DNA of 64,000 nt from Eledone cirrhosa (lineage: Eukaryota): the NCBI GenBank assembly GCA_964016885.1, contig OZ024742.1:145080001-145144000 (forward strand), written 5' to 3'. Made by a program: the position numbers and the translations under genes. Positions 13,978 through 25,994 of the stretch are shown here, piece by piece (within the stretch, counting starts at the first letter, position 1; every line of letters starts with the position of its first letter). Below the pieces are notes generated by a model. It did no database searches, was not told the DNA's origin, and was given only the letters and a program-made list of their open reading frames with translations.

Positions 13978-14712
13978 AGGTTAGTATATGTGGTAGTTGG
14001 GGCAGTGATGTGAGTGTGAGATTGTACAGGTGGTAGTTGGGGCAGTGATGTGAGTGGGAGTTAGTTAGTACATGTGGTAGTTGGAGGAGTGATGTGAGTG
14101 TGAGATTGTACAGGTGGTAGTTGGAGGAGTGATGTGAGTGTGAGATTGTGCAGGTGGTAGTTGGAGGAGTGATGTGAGTGTGAGATTATGCAGGTGGTAG
14201 TTGGGGGCAGTGATGTGAGTGGGAGTTAGTATAGGTGGTAGTGGGGGCAGTGATGTGAGTGTAAGTTAGTGCAGGTAGTAGTTGGAAGAGTGATGTGAGT
14301 GTGAGTTAGTATAGGTGGTAGTTGAGGCAGTGATGTGAGTAGTACATGTGGTAGTTGAGGCAGTGATGTGAGTGTGAGATAGTACAGATTGGTAGTTGGA
14401 GCAGTGGTGTGAGTGTGAGATAGTACAGATTGGTAGTTGGAGCAGTGGTGTGAGTGTGAGTTAGTACAGGTGGTAGTTGAGGCAGTGATGTGAATGTGAG
14501 ATAGTACAGGTAGTAGCTGGGGCTGTGATATGAGTGTGAGATAGTATATGTGGTAGTTGGGGCAGTGATGTGAGTGTAAGATAGTACAGGTGATTGTTGG
14601 AGCAGTGATGTGAGTGTAAGATAGTACAGGTGATTGTTGGAGCAGTGATGTGAGTGTAAGATAGTACAGGTGATTGTTGGAGCAGTGATGTGAGTGTGAG
14701 TTCATACAAATA
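13978..14712. repeat. ~39-bp GT-rich minisatellite, ~18 copies
   Basis: Unit approximately GTGGTAGTTGGGGCAGTGATGTGAGTGTGAGATAGTACA. Confidence 0.95.
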
Positions 14713-15345
14713 ACTGAAGAGTGATATATAAGGTAACTGGTTATGTAAGTGTTGTGTTTTGGGAAATAGTTACTAAATCTAGACATGACCTGGATTGTTA
14801 TTAAATACTGTAAAATGTCTGATAAAACCAAAAAGTTATATGAGAAATATTCACTTTTCTTTATATGAGTAACTGAAGCAAATTAGGTCATTCCTCTGTT
14901 ACTCATGCTAACTGTCTTGAAATATTTTTTTGCTTTTTTTTAAAGACAAGCCTTCATTTTTAAATATAGTAATAAATATCTATATTTACTATAAATACCT
15001 ATGTTTAATAAGTCAGACAAAGCCCCCCCCCCCCCGAATATTTGCTTACCTTCTGAACCACACAAAGTAACTTGACCTCTATTATATGTTCTTACATAAA
15101 ATATCTACCTGATCCCTATCTATGTCGTACACTTGTTATATCTTATTTTCTTTATATCAATCGCTATTCAATTATTATTGCTACTCATGTTGTTTGAGGG
15201 TAACACTTAAGTGAAATATCTGAAATAAGAGTCAGAGAGGACTTAGTCAAGTTAGAGAAGTCATTTAAAACAAAATTAGAATTTGATTTTTCACTCTAGC
15301 ATAGCAGATTACATAAATGTATGGGTTATATCAAATACAAATATT

Positions 15346-15534
15346 AATTGTTTCTACTTTTGGCACAAGGCCAGCAATTATCCCAGTGTATTACTGGTAC
15401 TTTATTTTATCGACCTCGTAAGGATGAAAGGCAAAGTTAACCTCGGCGGAATTTGAACTCTAAACATAAAGGGCCGTAACTCTTTGCTGCAAAGCATGGT
15501 GTCTGACCCTCTACCGATACTGCCAATCCACCGA
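15346..15534 (-). mobile_element. SINE family A
   Basis: Reverse complement of 4670-4856. Confidence 0.9.
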
Positions 15535-15546
15535 CATTGATATTTG

Positions 15547-15672
15547 ATTTGTTTGCAAGCAAACGGCCTCACTATGCTATGCTTTGCTGTTCCTCGATGC
15601 TACTATTGAACAAATGGATGACGATAGTCTTCAAAAGCATAGTGTATTGAGGCCGTTTGCTTGCAAACAAAT
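15547..15672. repeat. inverted repeat / fold-back element
   Basis: ATTTGTTTGCAAGCAAACGGCCTCA ... TGAGGCCGTTTGCTTGCAAACAAAT, with further inner pairing. Confidence 0.85.
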
Positions 15673-15674
15673 TT

Positions 15675-15800
15675 GTCGACCCTGTAAGGATGAAAGGCAA
15701 AGTTAACCTCGACGGGATTTGAACTCAGACCATAAAGGGAAGTAACTATGCTAGAAAGCATGGCGTCTAACCCTCTACCGATACTGCCAATTCACCACCC
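15675..15800 (-). mobile_element. SINE family A, 3'-truncated
   Basis: 5' two-thirds of the family A sequence. Confidence 0.85.
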
Positions 15801-15894
15801 TCGAATATTTATTAATAATAATCAATTCATTTGCAATTATACTAACAGCCCCTTTTTTGAAGCCATGTCAGTAGAATGAGCCCCTCATTCTTGC

Positions 15895-16369
15895 TGAAGT
15901 TAATGGAAACCGCGGAGTGGGGAGACACAAGAAGACCTGGGATGAGGTGATAAAAGCCGACCTTACCCAATTACACCTCTCAAAGGCGATGACACATGAC
16001 CGTGACCTCTGGCGTCACACAGTAATACAGAATACCTGACCCCCCCCCCCTACGGGTACAAGCTGAAGCGTTATCGACAATATGCCCCACACCCTCCCAC
16101 TGCAACGTAGTTGTGGAGGTGCCACGGCAAAAAAGCACCCAGACCACACCTTAAAGTGGACGTGTAGGCGCTACGGAAAAAAAGCACCCTGCACTCACTG
16201 TAAATGAGGTTCGTGTTAGGAAGGGCATCCAGCTGTAGAAATCAAGCCAGAATCAGTTCCTGTATGAGCAAGACAAGGTCAGCCGACCGGACACTGCCCA
16301 CAACAGTACAACCCGTCTAACCCATGCTAGCGTGGAAGAACGGACGTAAAACGATGATGATGATGATGA
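15895..16369 (+). mobile_element. RTE LINE 3' fragment (family of 25995-27208)
   Basis: Encodes KTWDEVIKADLTQLHLSK, followed by the 3' UTR and (ATG)n tail. Confidence 0.9.
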
Positions 16370-16550
16370 CACACATATATATATATACACATACATATAT
16401 ATACACACATACATATATCTATATACACATACATATATCTATATACACATACATATATATACACACATACATATATATATACACATACATATATATATAC
16501 ACATACATATATATATATACATATATATATATACGCATACATATATATAT

Positions 16551-16891
16551 CATCATCATCATCATTTCATTTTACGTCCGCTTTTTCCCTGCTTGCAAGG
16601 GTGGGACAGGAACTGATTCTGGCTTGATTTCTACAGTTGGATGCCCTTCCTAACACCAACCTCATTTACAGTGAGTGCTGGGTGCTTTTTTGCCGTGGCA
16701 CCTCCACGACCACTTTGCAGTGGAATGATAGGGCCCCCAGTCCCTATCATCTCATTTCTACAGCTGAGTAAACTGGAGCAATGTGAAATAAAGTGTCTTG
16801 CTCAAGGAAACAACACATTACCTGGTCTGAGAATTGAACTCACAACCTTTCAATTGCAAGGCCAATGCTCTAACCACTAAGCTATGTGCCT
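16551..16891 (-). mobile_element. SINE family B, near full length
   Basis: tRNA-like head (TAGCTTAGTGG, GAGTTCAATTC), core, RTE tail and (ATG)n. Confidence 0.9.
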
Positions 16892-16898
16892 ATATATA

Positions 16899-17240
16899 TG
16901 GTGGCTGCCAACTCGTTTTCGAGTACGGCCACTACTTTATATCCATGTAGGAGAACCCCCTACCGAAGAGCTGAATGAGTGTGACTTTTTAGTCCAGCCA
17001 GCGACTTGAAAACTCTGGTACAAACACTACACTTGTGACAATTATTGACACATAGTGCTGGGCCCATGGTACCATGTGAGGACAAGTGCAGAGAGATCTC
17101 CAGATATAAAGCAATGCCTGTGCCGTGAAGCTTTAATAGTGAGCAAAAGCACTGCACAAAGCCAGTCCCACTCTCTTAACCAAGATGATATTTACCAAAA
17201 AGAAGAACAAGTCAACATCATTGGATACCATCAGGGTTGC
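16899..17240 (-). mobile_element. 3' fragment of a different RTE (BovB-like) LINE with a C-terminal C2H2 finger
   Basis: CSVCTRVFKSLAGLKSH, then a short UTR with a CTCGAAAACGAG hairpin before (TA)n. Confidence 0.65.
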
Positions 17241-17254
17241 CTATATATATATAC

Positions 17255-17293
<39 letters not shown>

Positions 17294-17302
17294 TATATAT
17301 AT

Positions 17303-17615
17303 CGGGTGATGTGTTGTTTCCTTGAGCAAGACACTTTATTTCACATTGCTCCAGTTTACTCAGCTGTAGAAATGAGATGATAGGGACTGGGGTCCATATC
17401 ATTCCACTGCAAAGTGGTTGTGGAGGTGCCACGGCAAAAAAGAACCTAGCACTCACTGTAAATGAGGTTGGGAAGGGAATCCAGCTGTAGAAATCAAGCC
17501 AGAATCAGTTCCTGTATGAGCAAGACAAGGTCAGGCGACCAGACACTGCCCACAAAAGGACAACCCGTCTAACCCATGCTAGCGTGGAAGAACGGACGTA
17601 AAACGATGATGATGA
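17303..17615 (+). mobile_element. SINE family B, 5'-truncated, long-tail variant
   Basis: Core followed by the complete RTE UTR end ...AACCCATGCTAGCGTGGAAGAACGGACGTAAAACGATG. Confidence 0.85.
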
Positions 17616-18049
17616 TATATATACACACATACATATACATAGATTATAGAGATTATGTCTGCAGCATGACTGTCCCTTCACTTATCTTCCTGGAATTTGA
17701 TGCACTAACAGAAATGAAGCTCCAAGCCAACATCTAACCCACAGTAAAATCACCCTGCTGCAGTAATGCTGGTCCAGACTTTTAAGAAAGGCACAAAAAC
17801 GCAACCAAAAATGGAAGCTATAACCTTATCCATAAGTGCAACTACACCTCCAGTCAGCAACTGCTCCCTAAACAAGAAATCTTTTTTTTAGACCTGATGA
17901 ACCAGGCAGAAGAGTCATAAAAAAACCTTCTAGCTATCACAATGCCAACCTCTGCTATTACCCCAGTGCACCAACTCCCCCAATTGCTATCACTAACAAG
18001 CAAACACAAAACAAGTTCCCTGAAACAGTCCAAACCAGCCACTACTCTA

Positions 18050-20150
18050 TCTTCAACATTTCTACTCAATGTACAATACACAAAAATCAAGGATCCAATT
18101 CATTTAGGATTGGGTTGACAACCATCCCCTTTTTTCATCCTACTTGAAGCTCATCTCAACAATACACAGTTGGAAGCTGAAATAAAGATGAGGAATTTTA
18201 CAACCATCCGCACAGTTGATGTTGGCAGAAGGAAGGTAGAAACTGCCATTTTCCTGAATGATTCCTTTATGGCAAATGAAAATATCATATGCTTCGTTGG
18301 ATGTGCAATGTCAATGTGCATGAATGACCAAGCATAGACGAGTTGAGAAAGAAACTGGGTATAAGAGGGATAAGTTGTGGTGTGCAGGAGAGAAGACTGA
18401 GATGGTATGGACATGTGATGCGCATGGAGGATGACCAATTGGTAAAGAAGTGCCAGGAAGTCCCAGTGGAGGGAAGATGCAGTAGTGGTAGACTACGGAA
18501 AACATGGGCGGAGGTGGTGAGAGCAGACCTCAGATCGCTGAAACTCATGGAGGAGATGACGAAGGACCGTGACAGGTGGAGAGATGCTGTGCTGAATAGG
18601 ACCTGTCCAACCCTTGCAAGCAGTGAAAAGCAGACATTAAATGATGATGATGATGGTGAATCAGTCATCGTGCACGACAAAGCCAATGATTTGATAGTAG
18701 TTGTGCTCTATAGGCCACCCCAAACACCCATACTGTGCTTCAAAGAATGTCTTAACAGCATTAAATGTTTTATACAACAGTGTCATTCTGGTAATATACT
18801 AATGATGGGAGACTTCAATCGACCCTGTGTTGATTGGTATATAAACAGTTTGAAACCAGGTACTTCCACCTCAACTATTGACAAAGCAGCAGTAGAGTCA
18901 CTTCTCGACTTTATGGGTGAGTTTTTCCTGACCCATCTTGTTCTTGCACCAACAAGATATCAGAAAAACATTTTGGACCTAGTTTAGTAACCACACTAAT
19001 ACTATACACAATATTACGGTGGAAAAAAAACCTTCTCTCAGACCACAACATGGTTCTCTGTGACCTGAGATTCCACCAGCTAAAAGTTAAACTCAATGAC
19101 CTCTCTCCAGCTCACTCATTTGATAACATGGATCTTTATAATGCCAACTGGGATACAATCAGTAACGATCTAACACATGTTGACTGGTCTTTCACACATG
19201 CACACATCTCCACCAACATCTAAATATCCTGGCAAATATTTGTAGACTCTGTTGAATCCTCCAAAATAGAATCCAAAATTTGAATCCTCCAAAATAGAAA
19301 AAACTATGAACAGAAAAATAAAACAAACAAGCAAAAAAAAAATCAACAAGCTAAAATACTACTGCCAGCAGCGACACACATACTTGACTGCTATTGCACT
19401 ACTCAAATAAAAAAAATGCATGAAGACCATCATCAATAACCAAAGAACAGCTGAGGAGGAATGGGTCATTAAGAAAATCAAACTCAATCCCAAAGTGTTC
19501 TTTTCTTTTGCAAAAAAACTCAAGGTCTCTGTCTCCACTGTTGGCCCTCTAATTGATGAAAACGATACTCTCCAAGACAATGCTAAAATCAAGAGTGAAA
19601 TACTGCAGAAACAATACTGCTTTCTTTTCAGCAATCCTGATATGGCTGATCTGGGCAGTATCAGTGATGTTAGTCCCCAACACACTATATTGGACATAAC
19701 GTTTGGTGCCCCTGATGTCTTAACAGCTATAAACGAAATTAAACACAACTCAGCAGTAGGCCTCAATAGGTTCCCTGCTAGTGTCCTGAAGGTGTGTCGA
19801 CACCAACTTGCATCTCTTCTAGCTAATCTGTGGAGGAACTTACTGGACACTAGCTATATACCTGAAAATGTTCTGTCCCAGTTTGTTGTTCTAGTTTTCA
19901 AAAAGGGAAACAAATCCCTTGCAGTAAATTACCATCCAATCTCACTCATCTCTCATATCATTAAGGCATTTGAAAGGGTGGTGAGATCATGAATAACTCA
20001 CTTTCTTGAAAGCAACAATCTGCTGAACTCCAACCAACATGGGTTCTGTAATGGAAAGGACTGCCTTATGTAGCTCTTGCATCACTTCTGTGACATTTTA
20101 AGAGCTTTGGGAGAGGGCTCCAACACTGATGTCATATACCTTTATTTCAG
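18050..20150 (+). mobile_element. CR1-group LINE ORF2 pseudogene (AP endonuclease plus start of RT)
   Basis: Motifs LEAHL..EAEI, LYRPP, MGDFN, PTRYQKNILDLV, LSDHNMV, NPKVFFSF, KKGNKSLAVNYHPISLISHIIKAFE, NQHGF and DVIYL, with stops and frameshifts. Confidence 0.85.
18288..18654 (+). mobile_element. RTE 3' fragment nested in the CR1 endonuclease
   Basis: MLRWMC...RRLRWYGHVMRME...KTWAEVVRADL followed by an (ATG)n tail. Confidence 0.9.
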
Positions 20151-20771
20151 CATCCACTAAAAATAGGTAAAATGTACCAGTCACAGCACAAGCAGTACTA
20201 ATTTAAAGTATCATAACATACAGTATGTATGATGAATATATTTCTTCGTGGAAAAGTTCAATGGACGTCTAGTCTTAATTTTTATATCTGCCGTCACTGT
20301 TAAATATAAATTCACCTCATGTGGTCTAGATTGACTATTTCTCTGAACATGACAGATATAAAGGTATTTTGTATTTTATTGGATCTTATAATTAGACAAT
20401 TTCCTCTGGCGATTAGTTCCATGTCTCCCAGAACTATACCAAAATCGATAGCTGGTAATCAATAATGAAATTCTTAGATTGTTTTTCAATCTGGTGCTAG
20501 GAACTATGAAACAGTGCCGTCAGGAATATTAGTTTTTCCACCCTAAAGTATATGATGTCATCTGACCCAACTTGCCTCAAATGAAACAACTCGTCTAACC
20601 CATGCTAGCATGGCAAATTGAAGGTTAAACGATGATATGTATATACCATGACGATGATGATATATATATACACATATATGCATGATACTATAACCTCATC
20701 AACATATATGTATATATATATATTTATATTTATATATGTATATATATATATTTATATATGTATATATATAT

Positions 20772-21290
20772 AAATGTAATCTTAGTTTTTCGAATATTAA
20801 TAATTGTTTCTACTTTAGGCACAAGGCCAGCAATTACCCAGTACATTACTGGTACTTTATTTTATCGGCCCTGTAAGGATGAAAGGCAAAGTTAACCTCG
20901 GCGGGATTTGAACTCAGACTGTAAAGGGACGTAACTATGCTAGAAAGCATGGCGTCCAACCCTCTACCGATACTGCCAATTCACCGCATTAATAATAACA
21001 TTCAATTCGTTTGCAATTGTGCAAACAAGCCTCAATTTTATAGCCATGTCAGTAGAATGAACACTTCATTCTTGCTCTTGTGTTGGCATGCGAACAGAAC
21101 TGCAGACACTAATGTTTCTGGGTATCACCCTTCATCAAAGCAAGAATGAAGTGTTCATTCTACTGACATGGCTATAGAATTGAGGCTGTTTGCACAATTG
21201 CAAACGAATCGAATGTTATTATTAATATTCGAAAAACTCAGATTACATTTATTGTATTCAGCCATGTAGAGCAAAATTTTCTCTTTTTTT
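20772..21290. mobile_element. fold-back PLE-type pLTR pair with a partial hammerhead, left arm split by a SINE
   Basis: Arms 20772-20800 plus 20988-21076 pair with 21139-21250. The minus strand has TGATGA-agggtgataccca-GAAA-cattagtg-TC. Confidence 0.75.
20803..20987 (-). mobile_element. SINE family A
   Basis: Family A sequence with TSD ATTAATAAT. Confidence 0.9.
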
Positions 21291-21342
21291 ATATATATAT
21301 ATTTATATATGTATGTATATGTATATATTTATATATGTATGT

Positions 21343-23470
21343 CATCATCATCATCATCGTTTAACGTTCATCTTCCACGCTAGCATGGGTTTGGACGGGA
21401 ATTTTCCCACTTGAGGCAAGATTGGTTGTCTTGCTCGTATAGGACTGTCTGGTGGGTTTTCTACGGCTGGATGCCCTTCATAACACCAAACACGTTTACA
21501 GTGTGGACTGGGAGGTTTTTACTGTGTTACCTACATGGCCACATTACAGTGTGGACTGTGTGTTTTTTTGTCGTGACACCTACACGATCTCATTTATTTC
21601 AGACTGGATGTTGTGGTACCAACATAACTATACATTGAAAGGGGTGGTGTCGATGGGGTGGAGGTAGTGGGACGGGATGTATTTTTGTTAAGAGGTGCCT
21701 ACTGACTGTAGGTTTCGCTTTGTACTTGGGCAAGGCGGGTCTTCTGTATTACTGTGTAGCGCCAAAGATCTCGGTCCAGTGACATTGTCTTGGAGAGGTG
21801 TAAGTGTGTGAGGTCGGAATTTATCAAGTCGTCCCAGCTTTTTCTGGGTTTACCTACTCCGTGGCTACCGTCTATTTTTATCGCCCTGCATTTTTTTATA
21901 CAGTTGTCGTCTTTCATGCGCATCACATGACCATACCAACGTAGTCTTCTCTCGAGTAAACAACATCTGATCCCTCTTATTCCTAATTTATCCCTAGTTC
22001 ATTTATGCTTTGTTCACGTATATTACTATTACACATCCAACGGAGCATGCAAGCTTCGTTCCTCTCCAGTCTGCGTATATCTTCTGCACACAATGCCCAA
22101 GTCTCACTGCCATGTAACATTGCTGTTCGTATGCAGGCATCATACAGCCTGCCTTTCATTTTTAGAGAGAACCCTTTAGTGGCTAATAGTGGTATAAGCT
22201 CTCAGAACTTTTTCCATCCAGTTCTGACTCTAGCTACTGTACTTTCAGAGCACCCTCCACCACTGCTGATTTTGTCACCCAAGTAACGGAAGGTGTCCAC
22301 TATTTCTATAGAACCATCTGTGCAATGGAATGAGCTAGTATTCTGTGGGCACTTGCTGCTACTTATTGCACCTAAGCACCTCTATTGGCTCGACTGGGGA
22401 GACTGTCTTTCTCCCATTTATTCTCCTCATTTAGTAGCCTTTCGTAGTGACACTTCCAAGCTACCTTCTTATCAGCGTCGGTGATGGCAAGTACACCATC
22501 ATCATTAAGGACACACTTCTCCTCGACAATATCACGGTTTTCCTCGACACATTGCCTAGCAATCCTGAACACCTTACGTTTTGGTCCTCGCGTTGTAGAA
22601 CATGCTTGAACTTTCTTTCCTCTGCTTCCCTTCTTGCGAAGTACATTTGTCTCCTAGCTTCCCTCCTGGCCACTTAATAGTCTTCTCTACTTCCCCCATC
22701 CCGCCATACTTTCCAAGCCTGCTTTTTGGCCTTGATTGACTCATCCACCTTACTGTTCCACGACAAAGTTACTCTCCTCCTGCCTATAGGTCTGCTCCAG
22801 CCACAGATTTCATGTCGCCTTCAGCAGGTTAGCTTTCAGGAATTCCCACTGTTCCTCTATATTGTACGACTCTAATTGCTCTTCCTTACTATCAAAAGCA
22901 TCAAGTAATATGCTTTTAAATTTATTATTGGCTGTGGGGTCATTTAGCATCCATATTTTTCTCCTGAGGATAGTCCTCCTCTGTTGTCGAGTACGTCTCG
23001 TCCTGACTACGAGGTCGCTAATTATGAGTCTATGTTGAGAGGTGCATTCTTCATGGGGAGGGGGGGGATTAGTGTTTACAACAGACACTCTGTCACGTCT
23101 TCTGGTAGGGATATAATCTATCTGGCTGGTGTGTTCCCCTGATCTATAGGTAATCAAGTGATTGTCTTGTTTTTTTAAGTTAGTGTTACAGATAGTTAGG
23201 TTATTTGCATCGCAGAATTCCAGGATTCTGGAACCTTCCTCATTTCTAGTACCAAACCCATAGCCTCCATGGGTTCCGTCATAGCCATCACAATGTTGTC
23301 CAACGTGACCATTTAGGTCGCCAGCAATAATTATGTAGTCACTGTCGGTTATCTGGGAGGTAGTGAGCATCAATGTCTCATAGAATCTGTCTTTTATAGT
23401 GCCAGGCAGTCCGGTTTGGGGTGCATATGCAGATATTACTGTCACAGTAGTTCTATTGAGGACAAGTCTT
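21343..23470 (-). mobile_element. RTE LINE, 5'-truncated and internally deleted
   Basis: AP endonuclease (ISAYAPQ, IAGDLNGHVG, SQIDYI, SQHRLII), post-EN region, C-terminus (LHGSETW, LRWYGHV) and UTR. The RT core is absent. Confidence 0.92.
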
Positions 23471-25188
23471 ATGTATATGTATATATTTATATATGTATAT
23501 ATATGTATATATTTATATATGTATGTATATGTATATATTTATATATGTATGTATATGTATATATTTATATATGTATATGTATATATTTATATATGTATGT
23601 ATATGTATATATTTATATATGTATGTATATGTATATATTTATATATGTATGTATATGTATATATTTATATATGTATGTATATGTATATATTTATATATGT
23701 ATGTATATGTATATATTTATATATGTATGTATATGTATATATTTATATATGTATGTATATGTATATATTTATATATGTATGCATGTGTATATATTTATAT
23801 ATGTATGCATATGTATATATTTATATATGTATGTATGTGTATATATTTATATATGTATGTATATGTATATATTTATATATGTATGTATATGTATATATTT
23901 ATATATGTATGTATATGTATATATTTATATATGTATGTATATGTATATATTTATATATGTATGTATATGTATATATTTATATATGTATGTATATGTATAT
24001 ATTTATATATGTATGTATATGTATATATTTATATATGTATGTATATGTATATATTTATATATGTATGTATATGTATATATTTATATATGTATGTATATGT
24101 ATATATTTATATATGTATGTATATGTATATATTTATATATGTATGTATATGTATATATTTATATATGTATGTATATGTATATATTTGTATATGTATATAT
24201 TTATATATGTATGTATATGTATATATTTGTATATGTATATATTTATATATGTATGTATATGTATATATTTATATATGTATGTATATGTATATATTTATAT
24301 ATGTATGTATATGTATATATTTATATATGTATGTATATGTATATATTTATATATGTATGTATATGTATATATTTATATATGTATGTATATGTATATATTT
24401 ATATATGTATGTATATGTATATATTTATATATGTATGTATATGTATATATTTATATATGTATGCATATGTATATATTTATATATGTATGCATATGTATAT
24501 ATTTATATATGTATGCATATGTATATATTTATATATGTATGCATATGTATATATTTATATATGTATGCATATGTATATATTTATATATGTATGTATATGT
24601 ATATATTTATATATGTATGTATATGTATATATTTATATATGTATGTATATGTATATATTTATATATGTATGTATATATTTATATATGTATGTATATGTAT
24701 ATATTTATATATGTATGTATATGTATATATTTATATATGTATGTATATGTATATATTTATATATGTATGTATATGTATATATTTATATATGTATGTATAT
24801 GTATATATTTATATATGTATGTATATGTATATATTTATATATGTATGTATATGTATATATTTATATATGTATGTATATGTATATATTTATATATGTATGT
24901 ATATGTATATATTTATATATGTATGTATATGTATATATTTATATATGTATGTATCTGTATATATTTATATATGTATGTATCTGTATATATTTATATATGT
25001 ATGTATCTGTATATATTTATATATGTATGTATATGTATATATTTATATATGTATGTATATGTATATATTTATATATGTATGTATATGTATATATTTATAT
25101 ATGTATGTATATGTATATATTTATATATATATGTATGTATATATTTATATATATATGTATGTATATATTTATATATACATACATATAT
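23470..25188. repeat. 26-bp minisatellite (GTATGTATATGTATATATTTATATAT)n, ~65 copies
   Basis: Highly homogeneous periodicity with local variant blocks. Confidence 0.95.
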
Positions 25189-25540
25189 AGGCTGAGGTTG
25201 AAGGAACAGAATAGCGGTCGCCCTCGAGTCCTCGATTTTCAGCCCCATGGATTTTACCTATTACATTCACGTATTATGTTTCGAATACCTGATGATGTCA
25301 CCGGATTCATACGGAACCCGGTCATTGAAATGATCATAGTATAATAAACCTTTCAAGGATTTACACAAATCCAGCCTCCTGTCATTTCATTATAATATTT
25401 AACTCCGTAATAGCACCACCAACTACAAAAACAAAGACGGTTAAACTGCCTTACGTTGAGTACTCTCTATATTATTGCATTACGATTGACCATACGGAAT
25501 AGACCAGCTCTATACAGTGGTGAACCTCAAACCTGAATAA
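25189..25540 (+). mobile_element. solo PLE-type pLTR unit in (TA)n
   Basis: Unique island between TA arrays. Contains a hammerhead and has short imperfect inverted ends (AGGCTGAGGTT / AACCTCAAACCT). Confidence 0.65.
25285..25342 (+). ncRNA. type I minimal hammerhead ribozyme
   Basis: atac-CTGATGA-tgtcaccgg..ccggtcatt-GAAA-tgatca-TA-gtat. 4-bp stem I and palindromic stem III ATGATCAT. Confidence 0.8.
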
Positions 25541-25595
25541 ATATATATATATATTTTATATATATATATATATTTTATATATATATATATATATA

Positions 25596-25628
<33 letters not shown>

Positions 25629-25660
25629 TTTATATATATTATACATATATATATATATTT

Positions 25661-25692
<32 letters not shown>

Positions 25693-25859
25693 ATATATTA
25701 TACATATATATATATATTTTATATATATATATATATATATAATTTATATATATATATTTATATTTTATATATATATATAATATATATATTTATATATATA
25801 TATATATTTTATATATATATATAATATATATATTTATATATATATTTTATATATATATA

Positions 25860-25902
<43 letters not shown>

Positions 25903-25907
25903 ATATA

Positions 25908-25966
<59 letters not shown>

Positions 25967-25994
25967 TTTATATATATATTTTATATATATATAT
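25541..25994. repeat. (TA)n array interrupted by T runs
   Basis: Seen directly. Confidence 0.95.

Noticed and set aside
13978-14831. CRISPR-like array or His/Thr-rich protein
   Set aside because: Contiguous tandem units without unique spacers in a eukaryotic context. The ORFs are repeat-derived.
23399-25344. 565-642 aa ORFs
   Set aside because: They are translations of the 26-bp minisatellite (Y/I/M/C/V only).
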